NCBI GenBank assembly: GCA_045805065.1
Contig: JBJMMA010000201.1
Location: 1-55,840 of the forward strand
Source: Bdellovibrionia bacterium
GTDB taxonomy: Bacteria; Bdellovibrionota; UBA1018
Direction of reading: 5' to 3'
Length of the DNA stretch: 55,840 nucleotides
The position numbers and the translations under genes are program-made. The notes below the pieces were generated by a model. It searched no databases, was not told the DNA's origin, and saw only the letters and a list, made by a program, of their open reading frames with translations. Below are positions 39,006-47,368 of the stretch, piece by piece. Each line of letters starts with the position of its first letter. Position 1 is the first letter of the stretch.

Positions 39006-39696
39006 TCCGGCATTTGTGCCTCTGGCCGTTGTCAGCGCAAGTCTTCTGGGAAGTGGACACTGTGTGGCGATGTGTGGCGGCTTGATTGCCTCGTCGACTC
39101 GTAATCGAAGCGATGTCTTTAAGTATCATCTGGGACGTCTGGCAGGTTACACCGCACTAGGCGCCGTCGCCGGCTTGCTCGGTGAGCGGATGTTTCGTGA
39201 GACCACGATCGGAGTCCTTCCGTGGATTGCGACCGGAATGCTCGCTGGAGGCCTGATCCTGTCGGGTGTCAGGATCTGGACAGGAAAGGGAATGCATCTT
39301 CAGATTCTTCCGGCGGCACTCATGCAAAAGCTTTATTCAAAAAGCCGTGGATCCGCGGCGCGCGTGGGGATTCTATCGGCGTTCTTGCCTTGTGGCTGGC
39401 TCCATACGTTTGTCATAGCCTCATTGGCAACGCGTAGCGCGCTCTACGGCGCGCTCTTTTTGTTCTTTTTCTGGCTGGGAACTCTTCCAGCACTGACTGC
39501 GGCTCCGTTGCTTTTGCAGCGAGTGCTCAAGCCCATGAGTCAAAAGCTTCCACGTCTATCGGCAAGCCTTTTGATCGTAGCCGGTGTGCTCACTTTGGGC
39601 GCCAAGCTCAGACCCTTGATCGATGCCCAGACTCAAAGCGGCAACGGCGAACAGCAGACCATGACCTGCCATTCGCCGTCGTATCATGAACATTGA
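38986..39696 (+). CDS. DsbD_2/TauE-SafE-like membrane protein (cbb3-associated)
   Basis: GSGHCVAMCG, YHLGRL.GY, FLPCG, FWLGTLP; TTG start after AAGGAGGT. Confidence 0.88.
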   Translation: MSGLLSNPAFVPLAVVSASLLGSGHCVAMCGGLIASSTRNRSDVFKYHLGRLAGYTALGAVAGLLGERMFRETTIGVLPWIATGMLAGGLILSGVRIWTGKGMHLQILPAALMQKLYSKSRGSAARVGILSAFLPCGWLHTFVIASLATRSALYGALFLFFFWLGTLPALTAAPLLLQRVLKPMSQKLPRLSASLLIVAGVLTLGAKLRPLIDAQTQSGNGEQQTMTCHSPSYHEH

Positions 39697-39715
39697 GCAC
39701 TAGTTGTCAGATCAC

Positions 39716-40897
39716 TTAGTTCAGCTTCTGCTTTTGAGCAGGAGCTGCTGGAGGCGTTGGCAAGGCCAGTGCTTCCAGGTCATCGAGCTTTTGCTCGATG
39801 TCTCCTGGGATGTCCGTTCCTGCGCTTCCCGTAAAGCCATCGTAAATCGCTTGTTCGTAGCGTTTGTAGCAAGTCTGAGCGAGATTGGAGTGCGGCGAGC
39901 TTCGGATGCAGGATTCGAAGTAAATTTCATGGAGCTCACCAAGTTGATAGGTTTTCAGGACATCATAGCAGAGGCCTGCCATGAGATAGCCTTCGTTGGT
40001 GTGCTTGGCTTCCTTACCTAACTGAAGCAGACGATGAACCGCTGCTGAGGCTCTCAGATAGAGAATGTCCGCGCCGCGATCAGCCGGAAATTTCTGAGCC
40101 TGCTGAGCTTGAGCCAGCAATCGGACAGCTTCCGCATAGGTACCTTCTTCGCTATCAATTTTTTTACCGGCTTCCTTCTGCCATTCCTCAATTGAGCTCT
40201 TCCAGGTCAGTGCATCCTGCTTCATGAAGAAAGGCACGGATTGCGTTGCCAGTACTTGATTCACGATCTTCAAGGCGAGTGCCGGATCTTGTTTCATCCT
40301 GACTGCGATACCCAGGCTGTTGCGAACAGATTCCTGCCAGTCGGCAAAGCGCTGATTTGCAGCGCCTGGCTCAGAGATGACCTGTCCAAACTCATCGATC
40401 GCGCGATCAAATTGGCGGGTTGCCGCAAAAAAGCGACCTTTCTCAATGGAGCGCAGGTCCTTCAAAGTAGGATTGAGCGGGAGATCCGTAAAGCTGGGTC
40501 CGCTTTGAGTGCGCGTGTGACAAGCGATGCAATAGCCGGGGAGGCTTTGGAGAAGCTCGCGCGCATAGGCTCTCTGAGGTGCCTTTCCGGTTTTCAGGAG
40601 CCGGTAAGCGCGTGCGGATTCATCAGCGAACATGTTTCCAAGTATCTGGATCGATGGATCATGGTCAGGCGCATCGCTTTTGGGCTTGGTCAGATCATGC
40701 GCCAGTTGGGATAGTTTCTTCGCGTTCTGTTCAATTCTCGTCTTGTTGGCTGGCGAATTGAAACGTTTCTCACTGCTGACATCAGTGATCAGATCTGCCA
40801 GGGTTTTATAAAGACTCTGCATTCGTGCAGACCAGGTGAGACTCTCGGCATGCGAGAGCGCGGGTATGAGGAGTAATAGACAGATCAATTTCTTCAT
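39716..40897 (-). CDS. Exported monoheme cytochrome c fused to TPR-like repeats
   Basis: Signal peptide, helical domain ending in CIACH, then helical repeats. Confidence 0.75.
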   Translation of the reverse strand: MKKLICLLLLIPALSHAESLTWSARMQSLYKTLADLITDVSSEKRFNSPANKTRIEQNAKKLSQLAHDLTKPKSDAPDHDPSIQILGNMFADESARAYRLLKTGKAPQRAYARELLQSLPGYCIACHTRTQSGPSFTDLPLNPTLKDLRSIEKGRFFAATRQFDRAIDEFGQVISEPGAANQRFADWQESVRNSLGIAVRMKQDPALALKIVNQVLATQSVPFFMKQDALTWKSSIEEWQKEAGKKIDSEEGTYAEAVRLLAQAQQAQKFPADRGADILYLRASAAVHRLLQLGKEAKHTNEGYLMAGLCYDVLKTYQLGELHEIYFESCIRSSPHSNLAQTCYKRYEQAIYDGFTGSAGTDIPGDIEQKLDDLEALALPTPPAAPAQKQKLN

Positions 40898-40924
40898 GAA
40901 AGGGCCTTTCTAGGCAGGAGATAA

Positions 40925-40940
40925 AGCAACGGCCGAGCCA
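40925..40940 (-). promoter_or_regulatory. Putative sigma54 promoter of the heme-TPR gene
   Basis: Minus strand TGGCTCGGCCGTTGCT. Confidence 0.72.
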
Positions 40941-40987
40941 GCTGAAATGGGCTTAAAGTGAGGCTAAGACCTGAAATTTCAAAGCCG

Positions 40988-41004
40988 TGAGACAGAATGT
41001 CTCA
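40988..41004. promoter_or_regulatory. Perfect enhancer-like palindrome
   Basis: TGAGACA-GAA-TGTCTCA, 48-64 bp upstream of the sigma54 box; could also act as a terminator hairpin for the XRE gene. Confidence 0.62.
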
Positions 41005-41015
41005 AAGGCTTTCAG

Positions 41016-41639
41016 TTAAGTCCCGCTCGCAGGATTAGGCGAGAAGGCTGGAGCGACAACACCCAAAACCGCAGACGCTTCGTGAGATGCTGAGCGCGCC
41101 AGCCGTTTCCAGCTGATTTGAGCCAGATAATCGGACTGATCTTGTGCAAGAAGGTGATACTGGGCAGATGCCTGGGGGAGACTTTTGGCCGTGTTGGAAA
41201 GGACTTGAGTTTGAATGTTCTTCTTCTCAGACTCATTAGAAAAGAGCTCATTGAGCACGGTCCGGCCCGCTCCAAAAAGCTGAATGAAGCTCGCATTCCG
41301 GAAAATCAGCTCACCCTTTAAGTTGGCGACGAATACTGGCGTAGGCATGTGATTGAGAATTTCAGACTCACAGGAAATGCCGTGCTCCGAAAGCCGACTA
41401 TTGAGTGCTTCCTCGTTCAGAAGGTAGCAGGCTCGAGTTTCCAGTACCCCGCTGATCGTCTTGAAGAACATCAGCGGGGGATTGACTTCGCCGGCCTCGA
41501 TTTTCTGAAAATGACGGCGTCCGAGTCCGCAGCGTGATGCACATTCAGACTGAGTGAGGTTCTTGCTCTTACGTGCATTGCGTACGATTTGACCTAAAGA
41601 TTCGCCGGGTTTCTTCTGGTTGTTTTCACGTGACGTCAC
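41016..41639 (-). CDS. XRE-family HTH regulator with a C-terminal PAS-like domain
   Basis: GQIVRNARKSKNLTQSECA...IEAGEVNP; ILNHMPTPVFVANLKGELIFRN. Confidence 0.82.
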   Translation of the reverse strand: MTSRENNQKKPGESLGQIVRNARKSKNLTQSECASRCGLGRRHFQKIEAGEVNPPLMFFKTISGVLETRACYLLNEEALNSRLSEHGISCESEILNHMPTPVFVANLKGELIFRNASFIQLFGAGRTVLNELFSNESEKKNIQTQVLSNTAKSLPQASAQYHLLAQDQSDYLAQISWKRLARSASHEASAVLGVVAPAFSPNPASGT

Positions 41640-41743
41640 GGCTTTGATCCTAATTCCACTTCACTTGAATGAAAAGAGTAATGTGGATGCGCCCTATAAG
41701 TGCGCATTTTCAATCTCTTCATCACAACATCACAACTTTCGTA

Positions 41744-41770
41744 TTTAGCGTACAGCCATGGCGTCGATTA
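41744..41770 (+). promoter_or_regulatory. Possible sigma28 promoter of the chemoreceptor
   Basis: TTTAG-N14-GTCGATTA versus consensus TAAAG-N14-GCCGATAA. Confidence 0.4.
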
Positions 41771-41822
41771 TATTAATATACAACCGATATGTAGTTGTAC
41801 TTGGAAATATGAGGACACACCA

Positions 41823-43940
41823 ATGAGCGGATTCACCAAGCTGGGGCTTCAGAAAACGGTACTGCTATCCGTCGGACTTGCGTTCGCGTTGTGTACTTTT
41901 GTATCGGTGACGGTTGCCGAATATTTCAGCAAGGCCGAGCTGCGGGAGGGAATCGTCGAGAAAGCGCGAACTGTGCATTCTCGACTCGATGCTGCCACGG
42001 AATACGTCGCCAATCAGGGCGGATTGAGGCTCGTGATTGAGAGATTGTCCTCCAAGTACAAATCAGCCGAAGAGCTGAGCGCCCAGGAGAAGGTCGACGT
42101 CCTCAAGCAGGTTCCTATTTTTGCCGCCATGAAAATCGGAGCTAAGGACGCGGAGAAAGAGCATTACCAGTTCAGAGTTTTTTCTGACCGGCCCAGAAAG
42201 AAAGAGAACCTTGCGACGGCAAAAGAGCTTGAGGTCTTTGATCGCTTTGAGCGAGAGCCCGGACTGAACGAATATGTATCAGAAGTGGGCTCGGTCATCA
42301 CCGTGTATCGTCCAGTGAGGCTCTCTGAGGCTCAGGGTTGCTTGAACTGCCATGGAAATCCGAATACAAGCCCATGGCACAACGGTAAGGACGTTCTTGG
42401 CTTTGAGATGGAGAACTGGAAAGATGGAAAGCTTCACGGTGTCTTTGCTATTTCAAGCGACATGAGTGTAGTGAAGGCGGAAAAAGCCAAGTCTCGCCTG
42501 ATCTCCAGTGATCATCAGATCGGAATCTTCGTTGGACTGGGCGCGATCGTATCGCTTTTCCTGGTAGGGATGGTCTTGAGCAAACCTTTGAGAAAGGTTT
42601 CAGAGTCGACTGAGAGGCTTTCGCAGGGAGCATCTGAGGTAGGGAACGCGATTGGCGTCATTTTAGGGATCTCGCACGAACTATCAAACGCTTCGAATCA
42701 ACAAGCGGAGGCCGTGCAGGAGACTGCAGCTTCGATGGAAGAGATTTCTTCCATGGTCAAGAAGTCAGCTTCCAATGCCTCCGATTCTCAGAAAGCATCA
42801 GAGGCTTCGCGCCAGCGCGCCATGCGCGGGCAGGATGTCATGGCTCAGATGATGACTTCGATGACAGATATCAACAAGAACAATGATCAAGTCATTGATA
42901 CGGTTCAAGCGAGTAACCAGAGCATCACCGAGATCGTCACGATGATTCGCGAGATCGGGGAGAAGACTCAAGTCATTAATGATATTGTTTTTCAAACCAA
43001 GCTTCTCTCTTTCAATGCTTCCGTTGAAGCGGCTCGCGCCGGAGAGCATGGCAAGGGGTTTGCCGTAGTTGCTGAAGAAGTCGGCAAGCTTGCCCAGATG
43101 AGTGGTGAGGCCGCTAAAGACATCTCGGACATGCTCGAGCGAAGTATCAAGCGCGTGGAGTCCATCGTCGATGAAACCCGATCCAAGGTTGAAACGATCA
43201 TTTCATCCGCGAAGTCGACAGTGGACCAAGGGGTCGCGGTCGCAACTGAGTGCAGACAGGTTCTCTCCGAGATCGTTGAAAGTTGTGACCAGGTGTCACA
43301 AATGGTTGCGACAATCGCAGTGGCCAGCCAGGAGCAATCCAATGGTGTGACGGAGGTTTCGAAGGCCGTTCATCAGATCGATCAGGCGACCCAAACCAGT
43401 GCGGGAGCCGCCAATCAATGCTCATCCACTTCAAATGAGCTGGCCTCTCAGGTCAAAAAACTTCGTGAAGTGGCAGCGGACCTCAGATGGGTGGTTGAGG
43501 GAAAGATCACCATGAATCGATTTGTCTGGGGTGAGCAGTATCGCCTTCATGTACCTTCCATGGACGATGAGCACGCGGTGCTGATTGAGAAGATCAACCA
43601 TGTGGCGCGGTGCCTGGAAACGGGATTATCTGGCAGAGGTTCTGTAGAGTTCCAGGAGGCGTTTCAATCCCTTGCGGAATTCACGCAGAAACACTTCTCG
43701 GATGAAGAAGCCTACATGGCATCTATCCGATACATGGGACTTGAAAGGCATAAGGAGGCCCACCAGGCTTTGCTTAACAAAGTGCATGAGTTTGGCGCCC
43801 AAGCTGCTTCAGGGCGCATGGATGGCAGAGAACTCATGGAATTTCTCAATGACTGGTTGATGAGGCATATCTTGGGTGTCGATATGAAATACGCGAAGTA
43901 CTCTAAAACCGTGCGGCAGTCTGAAGCCCCTTGCACATGA
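41823..43940 (+). CDS. Methyl-accepting chemotaxis protein with a periplasmic c-heme (DUF3365-like) domain and C-terminal hemerythrin
   Basis: Two TM helices, [32 protein letters not shown]; hemerythrin ligands DDEH, HFSDEE, HKEAH, HILGVD; ATG 41823 with a GAGGA SD. Confidence 0.93.
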   Translation: MSGFTKLGLQKTVLLSVGLAFALCTFVSVTVAEYFSKAELREGIVEKARTVHSRLDAATEYVANQGGLRLVIERLSSKYKSAEELSAQEKVDVLKQVPIFAAMKIGAKDAEKEHYQFRVFSDRPRKKENLATAKELEVFDRFEREPGLNEYVSEVGSVITVYRPVRLSEAQGCLNCHGNPNTSPWHNGKDVLGFEMENWKDGKLHGVFAISSDMSVVKAEKAKSRLISSDHQIGIFVGLGAIVSLFLVGMVLSKPLRKVSESTERLSQGASEVGNAIGVILGISHELSNASNQQAEAVQETAASMEEISSMVKKSASNASDSQKASEASRQRAMRGQDVMAQMMTSMTDINKNNDQVIDTVQASNQSITEIVTMIREIGEKTQVINDIVFQTKLLSFNASVEAARAGEHGKGFAVVAEEVGKLAQMSGEAAKDISDMLERSIKRVESIVDETRSKVETIISSAKSTVDQGVAVATECRQVLSEIVESCDQVSQMVATIAVASQEQSNGVTEVSKAVHQIDQATQTSAGAANQCSSTSNELASQVKKLREVAADLRWVVEGKITMNRFVWGEQYRLHVPSMDDEHAVLIEKINHVARCLETGLSGRGSVEFQEAFQSLAEFTQKHFSDEEAYMASIRYMGLERHKEAHQALLNKVHEFGAQAASGRMDGRELMEFLNDWLMRHILGVDMKYAKYSKTVRQSEAPCT

Positions 43941-43967
43941 ATAGGTTTTCCAGTGTAAACTCTCTTC

Positions 43968-44375
43968 ATGATTTCGCAACTTGGTCAACTCACCTATTTC
44001 CTATCCGAAAAAGAAGTCGTTTCCCAAAAGTCTGTCATTTTACTTATTTCGTTGGCTGGTCCAATTAATCGGTCCAATGCCGCTGTCCTCGATAAGCTGA
44101 TAGAAGAATTAGAAAAAAGATCCCCTGGTTGGGTGGTACTCAATCTGAGAGATGTCGGCTCAAGTATTGAGCGAACCCAATATCCCGCTTTTGCAAAGCT
44201 TCAGAAAACAGTTCGGGACAAGGGAGCTGAGTTGAAAATCTGCAGTGTTCATCCGAACTTAAGAACGACCCTAGTGGATGCTGGCTTGCTGCGCGTTAAT
44301 GAGATTACAAACAACTTGCCAGAAGCACTGCAGTCGCTAGCGCCCAAACAGGCGCCCGGGACTAGTGAAAAATAA
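43968..44375 (+). CDS. STAS-domain protein
   Basis: ISLAGPI..SNA, VVLNLRDV, GAELKICSV...R..L...GL; the phosphorylatable DSSG motif is not conserved. Confidence 0.72.
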   Translation: MISQLGQLTYFLSEKEVVSQKSVILLISLAGPINRSNAAVLDKLIEELEKRSPGWVVLNLRDVGSSIERTQYPAFAKLQKTVRDKGAELKICSVHPNLRTTLVDAGLLRVNEITNNLPEALQSLAPKQAPGTSEK

Positions 44376-44466
44376 AGAGTTGCGCTGTCTATCTTTCTTA
44401 AAATGCGATACTTCGTGATTTTGCAGCCATAGAGCTGCGATGAGTCTAATCGCCTGATCGAAGTCC

Positions 44467-46107
44467 ATGGTAAAAAAAACACCAACCACCCCGAAGGCAG
44501 CGTTAGCTGCCTCTGAGCCAAGTTCTATTCCTAGCCCTACCGAGCAGAGCGGCCAGCTTGCTCAGTTGAGGGATATTGCTGCGTCTTTTGGAAGTGAAGA
44601 CAAATTCAAGCTGCTCGTCGACAGCGTGGCTGACTATGCTATTTTTCTGCTGGATCCCAATGGCTATATTCAGACCTGGAATCTTGGCGCTCAAAGAATC
44701 AAAGGCTACGAACCCGAGGAAATTATCGGAAAGCATTTTTCGGTTTTCTACGGCAGCGAAGATCTCGAGCGTCATCATCCTGAATATGAACTCTCTGTAG
44801 CTCGCGACACGGGTAAGTTCGAAGAAGAAGGCTGGAGAATCAAAAAAGACGGGTCGCGGTTCTGGGCCAATGTCGTAATCACGCGATTGACCGATGCGAG
44901 TGGCGAGCTCATTGGATTTGCCAAAGTCACGCGCGATCTGACCGAAAAAAAGGCAGCTCAAGAAAAGCTTCGCATCAGTGAAGAAAAGTATCGATTACTT
45001 GTTTCTGCCGTAAAGGATTATGCGATTTTCCTTCTGGATCCGGATGGTCGGGTAGCGACATGGAATGATGGCGCTCAGCGACTCAAGGGCTATACTCCCG
45101 AAGAGATCATCGGCCAACACTTCTCCAAGTTTTATCCGGAAGAAGACATCCGTGCTCGCAAGCCTGAATGGGAGCTTGAAGAAGCCACTCTGACCGGTCG
45201 ATTTGAGGATGAGGGCTGGCGCCTGCGTAAGGACGGAACGCGCTTTTGGGCCAGCGTTGTCATTACGACGGTCAGGAACGAGCAGGGAAAACTGATTGGG
45301 TTTTCGAAAGTCACGCGCGACATGACGGATCGTCGCCGACTGGAAGAAAAGCTTCGTCGTGCCAATGAAGAGCTCGATCAAAGGGTTCAGCAAAGAACGG
45401 CGCAGCTTGAAGAAGCAGTTCGGGCGCGCGACGAGTTTCTGAGCATTATCAGCCATGAACTGAGAACACCGCTGACTTCGCTCAAGCTCCAGGTCCAGAC
45501 AGCGGTTCGCCAGCTGGATCGAAGCAATGTCGAAATGTTTCAGGAGCGCGCCGTCAAGTTTGTCGCCGGGGCGGGAAGGCAGCTGGATCGCCTTTCCAGG
45601 CTAATTGATGACATGCTGGACGTGTCCCGAATCTCCATGGATCGCCTGGCGATTGAGAAAGCGCCGTTTGATCTCTCCGATCTGATCCGAGAAGCGATGG
45701 AGCGCTTTGAGCTGGAGTGCAAAAAAACAGGGTGCACCATCGAGCTCTCAGAAGATGGACCTGTCATGGTCATTGGAGATCGCAATCGCTTGGATCAAGT
45801 CATTTCAAATCTCATGATCAATGCGATCAAATACGGTGAGGGCAAGCCGATTCATGTTTCTGTTCGCAAAGCCGGTGAAAAAGCGCTGCTCGAAATCCAG
45901 GATCAAGGAATCGGAATTGCCGTAAAGGATCAGGACCGGATCTTTGATCGCTTTGAGCGTGCCGTATCGGCAAATGCGGTAAGCGGGATGGGGCTTGGAC
46001 TTTATATCAGCCAAAAGATCGTTGAAGCCCACCAAGGTAAGATTTGCGTCCAAAGCGAGCTTGGAAAAGGCTCGACTTTTACCGTCAAGTTGCCCATATC
46101 CAAGTAA
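44467..46107 (+). CDS. Soluble PAS-PAS histidine kinase
   Basis: Two near-duplicated PAS domains (DYAIFLLDP.G...WN.GAQR.KGY), SHELRTPL, DQGIG, GMGLGL. Confidence 0.93.
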   Translation: MVKKTPTTPKAALAASEPSSIPSPTEQSGQLAQLRDIAASFGSEDKFKLLVDSVADYAIFLLDPNGYIQTWNLGAQRIKGYEPEEIIGKHFSVFYGSEDLERHHPEYELSVARDTGKFEEEGWRIKKDGSRFWANVVITRLTDASGELIGFAKVTRDLTEKKAAQEKLRISEEKYRLLVSAVKDYAIFLLDPDGRVATWNDGAQRLKGYTPEEIIGQHFSKFYPEEDIRARKPEWELEEATLTGRFEDEGWRLRKDGTRFWASVVITTVRNEQGKLIGFSKVTRDMTDRRRLEEKLRRANEELDQRVQQRTAQLEEAVRARDEFLSIISHELRTPLTSLKLQVQTAVRQLDRSNVEMFQERAVKFVAGAGRQLDRLSRLIDDMLDVSRISMDRLAIEKAPFDLSDLIREAMERFELECKKTGCTIELSEDGPVMVIGDRNRLDQVISNLMINAIKYGEGKPIHVSVRKAGEKALLEIQDQGIGIAVKDQDRIFDRFERAVSANAVSGMGLGLYISQKIVEAHQGKICVQSELGKGSTFTVKLPISK

Positions 46108-46622
46108 TGCAATCTTCGTCTTTAGACAGCAGAGTGGAAAGCAGAATCGTTTCCGCTACCGAGGCTGACGTGAGCTCCATCCTCGAGTTCATTCGCGATT
46201 TAGCTCTCTATGAAAAGCTTGAGCATGAAGTCGTGGCCACTGAGGACAAGCTTCGTGAGACTCTCTTTGGAGAAAAACAGGTCGCAGAAGTCATTTTTAT
46301 AGAAGAGTCGGGAGTCAAAGTAGGTTTTGCCCTGTTCTTTCATAACTATTCAACATTTCTCGCAAAGCCCGGCATTTACCTTGAGGATCTCTTCGTCAAG
46401 CCGGAGCATCGAGGAAAAGGATACGGAAAAAGACTTTTAGGATATCTCGCAAAGCTTGCAGTCCAAAGAGATTGTGGCCGCTTGGAGTGGTCCGTGTTGG
46501 ACTGGAACACTCCAGCGATCGATTTCTATCGCTCGATCGGAGCGGAGCCTATGTCGGAGTGGACTGTTCAGCGAATGACGGGAGCGGTTCTGACCCGGTT
46601 CGCAGCGCAATCTCCAGATTGA
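46107..46622 (+). CDS. GNAT acetyltransferase (spermidine/diamine acetyltransferase-like)
   Basis: LA.YEK, YSTF..KPGIYLEDLFV.P..RGKGYG, LEWSVLDWN..AIDFY; TAATG coupling. Confidence 0.9.
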   Translation: MQSSSLDSRVESRIVSATEADVSSILEFIRDLALYEKLEHEVVATEDKLRETLFGEKQVAEVIFIEESGVKVGFALFFHNYSTFLAKPGIYLEDLFVKPEHRGKGYGKRLLGYLAKLAVQRDCGRLEWSVLDWNTPAIDFYRSIGAEPMSEWTVQRMTGAVLTRFAAQSPD

Positions 46623-46653
46623 TTCCAACCTCCTCTTCGAGTAGGTTGGCGCC

Positions 46654-47292
46654 ATGACTCAAATCCGTATTCATAGTTTGGTAGCGTACGATCGTGGCGG
46701 CAAAGCCCGCTGGCTTCTCACCGAAATGGGAATGCCTTATGAAACTCGCTGGATCAATCGGGAGAAAAAAGAGAATGAATCTCCTGAGTATCTGCGCCTC
46801 AATCCAATGGGACGAGTCCCTGTTGCTGAAATCGATGATCAGGCGATTTTTGAGTCGAGCGCCATTTGCTCCTATCTTGCGGATCGTTTCATGGAGAAGG
46901 GGATGGCACCTGTGCTGTCTTCGCCAGAGCGCGCCAAGTACCAGCAATGGATGTATTTTGCCGCAGCCACCATTGATCCGATCATGGCTCGCATGATGAT
47001 CATTGAAGACATGCCCGCGGGCGAGCTTCGCACTCAAAAAGAGAGCGCGATGATGGAAGATTTCAATGACGCTATGATTGCGCTGGATAACACCTTGAGC
47101 AAAGAGTCCTTCCTGGTGGGTAATCGCTTTTCAACCGCGGATATCTGCGTGGGCTATCACCTTTACTTCTGCTCGCTCTGGTCTGAATTTAATGAAGTGA
47201 TTGGCAAGTTCCCTTCGGTCGCTTCTTATTTGCAGCGCCTCAAGGAAATGCCATCGGCCATTCAAGCCAAAGTGTTTTCTTACGAGGGATAA
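46654..47292 (+). CDS. Glutathione S-transferase
   Basis: LNPMGRVP, FESSAI..YLA, FL.G..FS.ADI. Confidence 0.92.
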   Translation: MTQIRIHSLVAYDRGGKARWLLTEMGMPYETRWINREKKENESPEYLRLNPMGRVPVAEIDDQAIFESSAICSYLADRFMEKGMAPVLSSPERAKYQQWMYFAAATIDPIMARMMIIEDMPAGELRTQKESAMMEDFNDAMIALDNTLSKESFLVGNRFSTADICVGYHLYFCSLWSEFNEVIGKFPSVASYLQRLKEMPSAIQAKVFSYEG

Positions 47293-47313
47293 GCCCTTTT
47301 TGACGCAAATCCA

Positions 47314-47355
47314 TTTCCCACAGCGTTGTGGATAAGTGGATAACTTTGGGGATAG
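47314..47355. promoter_or_regulatory. DnaA-box cluster
   Basis: TTTCCCACA (47314), perfect TGTGGATAA (47327), AGTGGATAA (47335), TGGGGATAG (47347). Confidence 0.6.
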
Positions 47356-47368
47356 TTTTGAGCTTCGC

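Noticed and set aside
44600-45330. Direct DNA repeat of about 370 bp
   Set aside because: Explained by duplicated PAS domains; not a mobile element or CRISPR.
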